A program made the translations under genes and the position numbers. Below are positions 27,611 through 35,941 of a DNA stretch of 64,000 nt, in pieces. Positions within the stretch are counted from its first letter, which is position 1; the number at the start of each line of letters is the position of its first letter. The stretch covers positions 205,591-269,590 of the forward strand of contig JBHLMN010000006.1 of the NCBI GenBank assembly GCA_048938105.1. Direction: 5' to 3'. The notes under the pieces were generated by a model. It saw only the letters and a list, made by a program, of their open reading frames with translations, was not told the origin of the DNA and ran no database searches. The stretch comes from Promethearchaeota archaeon (GTDB lineage: Archaea > Asgardarchaeota > Heimdallarchaeia > Hodarchaeales > Hodarchaeaceae).

Positions 27611-27718
27611 AAACACATCCCCTTTTCTTCTTTTTTCTAATTCCAAATTTTTTTTTAACTGAATGTAGAATGCATAGATTAAATTCAGATTTACACCTTA
27701 ACAATATTTTAAGGACGG

Positions 27719-28108
27719 ATTACAATAAGATATACCAACCAGCGAATTACTATCTTAGATTTTCTCAAAGACAATCTTAATCATCCTACTGTAGAAGAGA
27801 TCTTTAAAGAAGTTAGGAAGAGCTTACCAAGAATAACTAAAGCCACTGTTTATAAAAACTTAGATGTTCTTACCGAAGAGGGGTTAATTAGGGAAGTCAA
27901 TGTAAAGGGAGTCTCAAGATTTGAAGCAAAGACAGAAGCTCATCATCATCTTATATGTAAATCCTGTGGGAAAATTACCGATTTTAATTCCAAAGAATTA
28001 ATAGATTATGCTTTACAATTGATACAGAATCAGAAAGATTTTAAAATTAGCACTGCAGAAACTAATTTTTATGGTTATTGTGTAGAATGTAAAAAAGATG
28101 AATTATAA
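27719..28108 (+). CDS. Fur/PerR-family transcriptional regulator (non-canonical start)
   Basis: Not in the ORF track. The frame reads ITIRYTNQRITILDFL...NHPTVEEIF...ITKATVYKNL...SRFE...HHHLICKSCG...FYGYCVEC...*. An in-frame TAA lies three codons upstream, so the start must be ATT 27719 (or ATA 27725), after AAGGA. Confidence 0.88.
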   Translation: MTIRYTNQRITILDFLKDNLNHPTVEEIFKEVRKSLPRITKATVYKNLDVLTEEGLIREVNVKGVSRFEAKTEAHHHLICKSCGKITDFNSKELIDYALQLIQNQKDFKISTAETNFYGYCVECKKDEL

Positions 28109-28158
28109 ACACCATAATTTTAATTGATCAAAATAAAAAAATAAAGAGAGGAATATCT

Positions 28159-28701
28159 CTACTTCAAGATTGGATATCTCTCAACAAAAGAAAGCTTTGA
28201 CCACTTTTTACCTAAGCCAAGATAATTACCAACTGGTACCATAATGAACAATAATAGTACGAGAATATAGATAATGTGTTCATCGATTAAAGGATTGAAT
28301 ACCATCGTACCTTGAGCAGGAGCAATAAGCCACTCGGAAAGATATACAGAGATTAGGAAGATTATAGTAGAAATACTCGATAATCTTACAAGAACTCCAG
28401 ACATAAGGCCAATACCAGCAAATAGTAACATCCCCATATATGCAACATCTACGAGTTGATATGTGCTCCCTAAGATATCTGTGAAAAGAAAAGCAAATGG
28501 ACTATTTTGATTCACACCGTAGAATTTCAAGAATCCTTCTGTAGGAGATGCACCAGCAATCCACGAGTTCTCAGGTGTCGTAGCAAACCCTAATCCAAAC
28601 ATTTTATCTAAGAATGGCCATAGAAACACGAATCCCATCACTATTCTTAATACACCAAGAGTTATTTGTTCAAAGTTATATTTCTCAAATTTTGAATTCA
28701 A
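28159..28701 (-). CDS. DoxX-family membrane protein
   Basis: LRIVMGFVFLWPFLDKMFG, SPTEGFL, NPLIDEHIIY, GLGKKW. Confidence 0.8.
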   Translation of the reverse strand: MNSKFEKYNFEQITLGVLRIVMGFVFLWPFLDKMFGLGFATTPENSWIAGASPTEGFLKFYGVNQNSPFAFLFTDILGSTYQLVDVAYMGMLLFAGIGLMSGVLVRLSSISTIIFLISVYLSEWLIAPAQGTMVFNPLIDEHIIYILVLLLFIMVPVGNYLGLGKKWSKLSFVERYPILK

Positions 28702-28823
28702 TTATTGTCCCTTCTATTGAATTAATATTACTAATTAACAATTGTTAACTTGTTATATTTCAATAATATGATCTGATTTTCGTAAGATTTAATAAAGAAT
28801 CTTTATTCTGCTATATTGAAATT

Positions 28824-29504
28824 ATGCAAACAAAAGAACATGAATCGTTTTTAGATGTGAATAAAGGTAGACTCTTATTCTCAACTATATTCACGATCTT
28901 ACTCCCAATCTTTACCCTTCTATCTCCGCTCTTAGTAATAATTTTTAATTTCCTTTATTTTCCTTTCACTTTGATTCATGAATTAGGACATCTTCTTACA
29001 ACAACTCTATTTTTACCTAATTTAAATCCTCACTTAGAATTTCATCAATTTGAATGTGAATTCTGTTGTGCTTGCCTAACTACTAATGAATTTCCTTATT
29101 GTTGGCAATCTATAATTGTCATGCTTGCTGGATCTGTTTCAGTAATAATTTTCGCAATTCTTTGTATTTTTTCATTGTTTCGGATGGGTTCGGACATCTC
29201 ATATAATATTGGAAAGTATTATTTTTTCTTTGGCATATTAGCTGATCTTCCCAATCTTTTACCAATCCACCCTTCTTCCTTAGGATTCATTACCGATGGT
29301 TTTGCGATAAGCACTTGTTTGTGTCAAATGGGGTGTTTCCCCTTTTTATCAGATGAATTGTCATATATTTTTTCTCTAATCTCGATTCTACTAGTTCTGG
29401 CATCCTTTTTCCTCCTTGGAACTTTTTTTTATCGCTTGGGAGAACTTATAATGAATAAATTCGAGAAAGACGAGGTAAATGAACCAGTTTCATCTAATAA
29501 GTAA
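28824..29504 (+). CDS. Cys-rich membrane protein, M50/site-2-protease-like
   Basis: HELGH within a TM segment, MLAG motif, downstream NLLP...TDG; Cys clusters CEFCCAC and CLCQMGC. Confidence 0.55.
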   Translation: MQTKEHESFLDVNKGRLLFSTIFTILLPIFTLLSPLLVIIFNFLYFPFTLIHELGHLLTTTLFLPNLNPHLEFHQFECEFCCACLTTNEFPYCWQSIIVMLAGSVSVIIFAILCIFSLFRMGSDISYNIGKYYFFFGILADLPNLLPIHPSSLGFITDGFAISTCLCQMGCFPFLSDELSYIFSLISILLVLASFFLLGTFFYRLGELIMNKFEKDEVNEPVSSNK

Positions 29505-29678
29505 TTTTGAAGATACTGGTTATAGTAAGTAGTTATATGTTTGTTTTTGTTGTTATCTAATTCGAAAAAAGAACGAACATACTTAATAAATAAAATCATC
29601 CTCCTCAAGAATGTTCAGAAATTTGAATTTTTAGATAAAAAATGAAAAATGGTTCAATTTCTGTAAGAAAAGTTAGAG

Positions 29679-30191
29679 TTGATACTTATGGGAAAAATAG
29701 AAGAGGATTTAATGGCAGCTTTTGCTGGTGAAAGTCAAGCAAACCGAAAATATCTAGCATATGCAAAAAAGGCGGAAAAAGATGGATTTCCTCAGATAGG
29801 ACGGCTTTTTCGTGCAGTTGCTCATGCTGAGACTATACATGCTCACAACCACCTACGTGTTTATGGTGGAATTAAAACAACTCTTGAAAATATTAGGGCA
29901 GCAATAGAGGGGGAACATTATGAATTCACTAAGATGTATCCTGAATTCTTGGAGGATGCCAAGGAAGAAGGGAGGAAAGCTGCGGAACGGACGTTTGATT
30001 TTGCCAATCAAGTAGAGAAAATACACCATGAATTATATTCACGTGCGCTAAAAACGGTTGAAAGTGATAATGACCTTCCAGAAAAGCCAATGTACGTGTG
30101 TGAAGTCTGTGGTTATACGATTGAAGATGGGATCCCAGACAAATGTCCCATTTGTGGTGCCTCTCACGAGAGATTTACTAAGATAGAATAA
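29679..30191 (+). CDS. rbr: Rubrerythrin
   Basis: AFAGESQANRKY, ETIHA, EHYE, EKIH, C-terminal CEVCG...CPICG. Probable start is the ATG at 29688. Confidence 0.95.
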   Translation: MILMGKIEEDLMAAFAGESQANRKYLAYAKKAEKDGFPQIGRLFRAVAHAETIHAHNHLRVYGGIKTTLENIRAAIEGEHYEFTKMYPEFLEDAKEEGRKAAERTFDFANQVEKIHHELYSRALKTVESDNDLPEKPMYVCEVCGYTIEDGIPDKCPICGASHERFTKIE

Positions 30192-30262
30192 GAAAGTCTT
30201 TTTCTAAGAGATTTCTATATCTTTTTTCTTCTATACTTTCCTTAAGACAAGGTGATAATGGA

Positions 30263-30826
30263 TTGACATTTGAAGACTTAGTTAATAGAAGAAGAGCATA
30301 TAGAGCATTAGAATCTGTTGAGATAACAAAGGAATTAATCGAAAAAACTGCGTATATAGCTCAATTAGCTCCCTCATGCTTCAATAAACAACCATGGAGA
30401 TATATCTTCGTTTTTGAGAAAACATTACTCACAAAATTGCAGAATGAGGGTCTTTCAACAGGAAATAAATGGGCAAAAGATGCTAGTATGATCATTGCAG
30501 TATTTTCCAGAGTTGATTTAGATTGTGTAATAGGTGACCGACAATATTATCTATTTGATACGGGAATGGCAACTGCACTTATGATTCTGTATTTAACTGA
30601 TCAAGATTTAGTTGCACATCCAATAGCAGGATTTGATCCAGTAAAAGTAAAGGAAGTCTTGGAAATCCCTAATGAAATGCATCTGATAACTTTAATAATC
30701 GTTGGGAAAAAAGCAGATAAAATTCCAGACTTTTTTGAAGACTATCAAAAGAAAAGTGAAGTAAAACGCCCAGCACGAAAACCTTTAGATGAGTTTATCT
30801 ACATGAATAAATACTTCAAAAAGTAG
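30263..30826 (+). CDS. Nitroreductase-family flavoprotein
   Basis: RRAYR, APSCFNKQPWRY, DTGMA, AGFD, RKPL. Confidence 0.9.
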   Translation: MTFEDLVNRRRAYRALESVEITKELIEKTAYIAQLAPSCFNKQPWRYIFVFEKTLLTKLQNEGLSTGNKWAKDASMIIAVFSRVDLDCVIGDRQYYLFDTGMATALMILYLTDQDLVAHPIAGFDPVKVKEVLEIPNEMHLITLIIVGKKADKIPDFFEDYQKKSEVKRPARKPLDEFIYMNKYFKK

Positions 30827-30845
30827 TGTTAAATAATCCTTCTAA

Positions 30846-30986
30846 CTAGTCATTGATTCTTACAAAGTACTTTTTCGGAGCTTTACACCAAGGACAAACC
30901 CAATCGTGTGGAAGCTCTTCAAACGGAATTCCTTTTTTTTCGTCATCATATGTATATCCACACATTCTACATTCCCAAATTGCCAT
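30846..30986 (-). CDS. rub: Rubredoxin (46 aa)
   Basis: Below the ORF-track cutoff. MAIWECRMCGYTYDDEKKGIPFEELPHDWVCPWCKAPKKYFVRIND*, with AGGTG RBS. Confidence 0.92.
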   Translation of the reverse strand: MAIWECRMCGYTYDDEKKGIPFEELPHDWVCPWCKAPKKYFVRIND

Positions 30987-31233
30987 ATTTTGCACCTTGT
31001 TAAATGTTGATATTTACTGAAATCAAAACTTTGGGATTCAGAATAATATTTGCTTAGAAATAGGCTATTTTATCAAAGATTATTTGGATTAATATCTTTA
31101 ATCAGTCCATCTAATTTTTGATATGGTATAATTGATAACGAATTTCATATTGAAAAGATTATAATCCAATAAATTAATGTCATATCGAGAACCATGTATT
31201 TTATTCAAAGACTCTGATATAAGTGATGAATGA

Positions 31234-31785
31234 ATGAAATTTAATACTTTATTAGATGTCTTCAAAAGAAAAAAACAACCTCCTCAAATTCACTTAGAAT
31301 ATATCATTATCTGTCAAAATTCAGGCCAACCTATCTATACAAAATGTTGGGGGAATGTTTGCGGGATGTTGGGAAAAAAAGATGAATTAATGACTGCATT
31401 TCTAGCAGCAATTTCCACAATGCCAAGAATGTTTGCCGAATCAGATAGAAAAGTCCATAGTATGAGTATTGGATCATTAGAATTGTTATTTTCATATACA
31501 GAATCAGAAAATATTATATGCCTGGCATTTCCAATGAGGGACGTAAATAAGAACACAATGGGAATTGTAAATAATCTCTTCAAGGATATCTCTCAATTGT
31601 TAGATGAGGATTTTTCTAAAACACCCTGGGATCGATTAAACGATCCAAAAGTCCTCTTGTTTGAAAAGGAACTCCTGAAGAAAGCTATTCATCCATGGTT
31701 CCATCTTGTATTGGCAAATAATGGAGCTAAACATGAAGAGAATTGCCCAATATGCATGCCAATGATTTTACAATCATGTTCCTGA
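31234..31785 (+). CDS. Longin/roadblock-like domain protein with CWGNVC and HxxxCPxC motifs
   Basis: Beta-beta (YIIICQNSGQPIYTK), helix (ELMTAFLAAISTM), beta-beta-beta (VHSMSIGSLELLF..IICLAF), helix pattern, as in longin folds. The fold call is inference. Confidence 0.55.
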   Translation: MKFNTLLDVFKRKKQPPQIHLEYIIICQNSGQPIYTKCWGNVCGMLGKKDELMTAFLAAISTMPRMFAESDRKVHSMSIGSLELLFSYTESENIICLAFPMRDVNKNTMGIVNNLFKDISQLLDEDFSKTPWDRLNDPKVLLFEKELLKKAIHPWFHLVLANNGAKHEENCPICMPMILQSCS

Positions 31786-31860
31786 TCTACTTACTGAATG
31801 ATTGTTTTAATGTAATCTCAACAATATTAAAAAGAATATATTAAATTACGTGAGGAATAA

Positions 31861-32958
31861 ATGAAACTCAAATCCATACTAAATATTTTTAAAAAAAAGA
31901 AACGATCTAGGGGAATTAACTTAGAGTACCTCATCATTTATCAAGATTCGGGGCAGCCAATTTATTCCAAGTGTTGGGGAAATGTTTGTGGGTTGTTAGG
32001 AAAAAAAGACGAATTATTAACAGCTTTTTTAGCTGCTGTCTCCACGATGCCAGGGATGTTCGCTGAATCAGACACCAAAGTTCATAGTATGAGTATTGGA
32101 TCCTTAAAATTATTATTCTTTTATACAAAATCAGATAATATTATTTGTGCAGCATTTGAGGAGAGAGATGTCAATCCTGAAACAATGGAAATTGTAAATA
32201 ACCTCTTCAAAAGTGTTTCCTTGTTATTAGATGAAGAATATCAAGGAACTCCCTGGGATCGATTGAACGATCCAAGAGTCCAAGCATTTGAAAAAGAACT
32301 ACTTTCAAGTATAATCTACCCTTGGTTTCATGTTGCCTCATACATTAATGGAAGTTCTCATGATGAGAATTGTCCTTTATGCATGCCTACGATACTAAGC
32401 ATGGATAAAAAGCTTCCTGTCTGGGGAAGAATCAAGAATAATTATTCAACAGAGACTCAATCACTAGCAAAAGTTGAAACACAAAGCGGTTCATTGCAAA
32501 TAGGTGATCTAGCTCCTGACTTTGTTGCGGAAACTGATAGAAGTGAATCAATAAGACTTTCTGATTATCAAAACAAAAAAAATGTTGTTCTCTTCTTTTA
32601 CCCCAAGGCAAACACTCCAGGATGTATTATTGAGGCACAAGGATTTCGTGATGCCTATAATGAGCTGAAAAATCTAAATGCAGAAGTCATTGGAATCTCG
32701 GTTGACAACATTTCTGATTTGCAATCCTTTAGAAACGACCAACAACTCCCATTTCCACTAATAACTGACATTGAAAAAGATATTTCAACTAAATATGGCT
32801 GTTTAAATGACAAAGTTGGATTGGCTAAAAGAACAACTTTTCTAATCGATAAGCAAGGGAAGATTAGAAATATCTGGAAGCTTTCAGGGACGTTTGTTCA
32901 AGAACGATTGTTTCAACATGCACTTGATATTAAAAAAACTCTATTAGACTTAAATTGA
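31861..32958 (+). CDS. Longin-like domain fused to a BCP/PrxQ peroxiredoxin
   Basis: The first ~180 aa are a close paralog of 31234..31785. The C-terminal part has GDLAPDF, FFYPKANTPGC, GISVD and RTTFLID (PxxxTxxC peroxidatic motif). Confidence 0.8.
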   Translation: MKLKSILNIFKKKKRSRGINLEYLIIYQDSGQPIYSKCWGNVCGLLGKKDELLTAFLAAVSTMPGMFAESDTKVHSMSIGSLKLLFFYTKSDNIICAAFEERDVNPETMEIVNNLFKSVSLLLDEEYQGTPWDRLNDPRVQAFEKELLSSIIYPWFHVASYINGSSHDENCPLCMPTILSMDKKLPVWGRIKNNYSTETQSLAKVETQSGSLQIGDLAPDFVAETDRSESIRLSDYQNKKNVVLFFYPKANTPGCIIEAQGFRDAYNELKNLNAEVIGISVDNISDLQSFRNDQQLPFPLITDIEKDISTKYGCLNDKVGLAKRTTFLIDKQGKIRNIWKLSGTFVQERLFQHALDIKKTLLDLN

Positions 32959-32999
32959 AAATAATTTATTTTCATAATTATAATCCAGGTGATTGAAAT

Positions 33000-33983
33000 T
33001 TGGTGGGTTTATCAGGTGATTTTGATGTCATTGTTGTAGGAGGTGGCCCAGCAGGGCTGTCCGCTGGAATTATTTCTTCTCTTAAAGGATTAAATACGGC
33101 AGTTTTCGAGGGAGGAACGTGGGGAGGGCTTTTAAGCACCATATATCCTAAAAAGAAGATCTATAATTACCCTGGCACCCCTCGTATTCGGGCTGAACAT
33201 CTTGTTTCAGAGTGGGTTCGTCAAGCTGCAGATCACGGAGTGCATCTCATCAAAGAACGAATAACAAAAATATATAAGAATCTAGAAGTTGAGACTTCTG
33301 AAGGGGCAATCTATCAAGCAAAATCAATTATTATTGCCACAGGAATGAAACCGAATGAATTGGGGATTCCTGGCGAATCAAAACTCTCTAAGAAAGATAG
33401 GGGAGTATATCCTTATGTTATTGAACCAGAAATCTTTAATAATCGTCGTGTATTAGTTATAGGGGGTGGAGATACCGCTATTGATGCAGTTATCGATCTA
33501 AATAAGATTGCGCAAAAAATATATCTAGCACACCGACGAACAGAGTTCAGGGCATCAGAAACAAACTTGGAACTAGTAAAAAACGAAAAAATGGCCGACA
33601 TTCTAACAAATGTAACTATAAAAGAGATTCTTGGGCAACGTAAAGTGGAAGGAGCTATCCTAGAGGACGTTAACACTAGAGAGAAAATAGAACTTAACAT
33701 TGAAAAAGTCATCCTCGCAGTAGGGTTAACACCAAACACTGAGATTTTTCAGGATTTAGGATTAGAATTCCAAGGTAAATTCCTTAAGGCCGATGAACTT
33801 CAACGTACAAATATTGAAGGAGTATTTGCTGCAGGAGACATTGTTACTCCTTACCAGTTAGCTACGGTGGCAGCTGCTCAAGGAGCTCTAGCTGCTCATG
33901 GTGCATATCTTTATATTCGTGATCCATACTGGAAACAAGAACATATGAAAGAGAAATCAGAAATTAAACACCAGATTCTCTAA
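33000..33983 (+). CDS. Thioredoxin-reductase-like flavoprotein lacking CxxC (FNR/YumC-type)
   Basis: GGGPAG, GGLLSTIYPKKKIYNYPG, GGGDTA, HRR, FAAGD. The CxxC position reads VYPYV. Confidence 0.8.
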   Translation: MVGLSGDFDVIVVGGGPAGLSAGIISSLKGLNTAVFEGGTWGGLLSTIYPKKKIYNYPGTPRIRAEHLVSEWVRQAADHGVHLIKERITKIYKNLEVETSEGAIYQAKSIIIATGMKPNELGIPGESKLSKKDRGVYPYVIEPEIFNNRRVLVIGGGDTAIDAVIDLNKIAQKIYLAHRRTEFRASETNLELVKNEKMADILTNVTIKEILGQRKVEGAILEDVNTREKIELNIEKVILAVGLTPNTEIFQDLGLEFQGKFLKADELQRTNIEGVFAAGDIVTPYQLATVAAAQGALAAHGAYLYIRDPYWKQEHMKEKSEIKHQIL

Positions 33984-34045
33984 ATTCACTCTAATCATAA
34001 GGGCTTCTCATTTGTTTAAAAAACCCGTAAGTTGAAGTGTGAGAA

Positions 34046-34885
34046 TTAATCATTTGACAAGAAAAAATCTTTCCTTCCTTCAAAAAACCTAGCTAATCTT
34101 CCAAGAATAGCTGATTCATCTTGAGAGAAGTATCTATCTTCATTTGAAATCTCCTTAATAGCTGGGATAAAATTTTTCAAGAAAGATTCTTTATTTATTC
34201 TTTCAGTTTCCGCTAATTTCCTAGTTCTACGAGCTATTGTGAAAGCTTTGTAAAGAAGTTCCTTATTTTTCCCAATACGATGAATAATCTCTTTATCTTC
34301 CTCAGATAATTTATTACTAGGAATAGCCTCTTTGAAACTATTTAAAACCTTATCAAAACCTCCCAAGCTTGGATATAGCTCAACAATATAGTGTAATATA
34401 TCTCGAATGTTGATTACCCGAATCGGATCATCTTCAATGATTGCGTAAGAATATCCTTGAACTTCCATCATATGGAGAGCACATGCTACTGAATCAGTCT
34501 TTTTGAGAACAACAGGTGATTTTAGCATTGCTTCTCGAATTGGCTTATCTAAATTTATTGGTGATTCATTGCATACTCTTCGAAGAAGAGATCGTTCTGT
34601 AAATATCCCTTCTATCGATCGATCTAATCCTACAACAACCACTGAGCATTTTTGATGATCAATCATCAACCCAACTACTTCTCTAACTGATTTATTTGGT
34701 GGAACTTCAAGAGCTAGTGATTCTTGTCCTCCAACTTCCCCAAGACAATCCTCTAATATTGCTTTCTCGATTCTAGAGTCCATTTTTGGCTTTCTTTTTT
34801 CGATAACAATATCACTATTACAATTGGAGCAATAAAGTGATCCAGGTAAATTCTCATGTCCACAAACAGCACATCTTATCATCAA
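34046..34885 (-). CDS. Zinc-ribbon plus CBS-pair protein with a helical C-terminal extension
   Basis: CAVCGHEN...CSNC, CBS motif EGIFTERSL, INIRDIL. Confidence 0.75.
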   Translation of the reverse strand: MMIRCAVCGHENLPGSLYCSNCNSDIVIEKRKPKMDSRIEKAILEDCLGEVGGQESLALEVPPNKSVREVVGLMIDHQKCSVVVVGLDRSIEGIFTERSLLRRVCNESPINLDKPIREAMLKSPVVLKKTDSVACALHMMEVQGYSYAIIEDDPIRVINIRDILHYIVELYPSLGGFDKVLNSFKEAIPSNKLSEEDKEIIHRIGKNKELLYKAFTIARRTRKLAETERINKESFLKNFIPAIKEISNEDRYFSQDESAILGRLARFFEGRKDFFLSND

Positions 34886-34920
34886 AGTAACCTCTTAATT
34901 TAGCGATTAGATTCTTCAAA

Positions 34921-35937
34921 CTAGGTAACACTCCAAGTTTCTCCTTCACTAACCAAATCTTGGAGTGACTTGGTACGAGTTTCCTTGGCTTCTCTCATTG
35001 ATTGTTCTAACATCTCATTATATGTTTCCTTTTGTATTGCGCGAAATACACCAACTGGTTCAGGGAACTGAGGGTGACGCATTCGTGATAAAAAGAATGC
35101 TAAAGTAGGTTCTGTAGCATATTCATCATGATAAAGTAGATCTTCACGATTAAATCCTGCATCTTTATACTTAATGACTTTAGGTGTCAGACCGTGAAGA
35201 AAAATACCTTTTTCCATATCTCGACCAAAAACCATCGGCTCTCCATGTCTAAGTTCTAAGACATTATCATAACGTAATTCTTTATCTGTGGCGTAATTGA
35301 AGGCCCCATCATTAAAAATTAAACAATTTTGATAGATTTCTATAAAAGCTGTCCCCTTATGGTTTGCAGCTCGTCGTAAAACCTCTCTCATATGGTCTCC
35401 GTATGAATAAACAGTTCTAGCAATAAATGTTGCCTCAGCTCCAAGTGCCCATGAAATAGGATTGACAGCATAATCAATAGAACCTCTTGGTGACGATTTT
35501 GTTTTTTTACCAAAAATAGAGGTTGGTGAGTATTGCCCTTTAGTTAATCCATAAATCTGATTGTTAAATAGAAGAATCTTGATGTCAACATTTCTCCGCA
35601 TTGCATGCATTAAGTGATTCCCTCCAATGCTCAATCCGTCCCCATCTCCAGTGACTACCCAAACAGAGAGATCAGGCCGACTACACTTTAATCCTGTGGC
35701 AATTGCTGGAGCCCTACCATGAATAGTATTCATCCCATAAGTGTTCATGTAATAAGGAAATCGTGAACTACAACCAATACCGCTAATGAATACAATATTC
35801 TCCTTTGGTATGTTTAATGTTGGTAGAGTTTTTTTAATATTTGCTAAGATACTGTAGTCTCCACAACCAGGACACCAGCGAACATCAAGATCGGTAGCAA
35901 AGTCTTTTGGTGCTAAAACTGGTTCTGATTTGTTCAT
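34921..35937 (-). CDS. korB: 2-oxoacid:ferredoxin oxidoreductase beta subunit (bacterial two-subunit type)
   Basis: VRWCPGCGD, SGIGCSSRFP, GDGDGLSIGGNH, YGLTKGQYSPT. Confidence 0.92.
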   Translation of the reverse strand: MNKSEPVLAPKDFATDLDVRWCPGCGDYSILANIKKTLPTLNIPKENIVFISGIGCSSRFPYYMNTYGMNTIHGRAPAIATGLKCSRPDLSVWVVTGDGDGLSIGGNHLMHAMRRNVDIKILLFNNQIYGLTKGQYSPTSIFGKKTKSSPRGSIDYAVNPISWALGAEATFIARTVYSYGDHMREVLRRAANHKGTAFIEIYQNCLIFNDGAFNYATDKELRYDNVLELRHGEPMVFGRDMEKGIFLHGLTPKVIKYKDAGFNREDLLYHDEYATEPTLAFFLSRMRHPQFPEPVGVFRAIQKETYNEMLEQSMREAKETRTKSLQDLVSEGETWSVT

Positions 35938-35941
35938 CGTC

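Noticed and set aside
33000-33983. Thioredoxin reductase trxB call
   Set aside because: The redox-active CxxC is absent.
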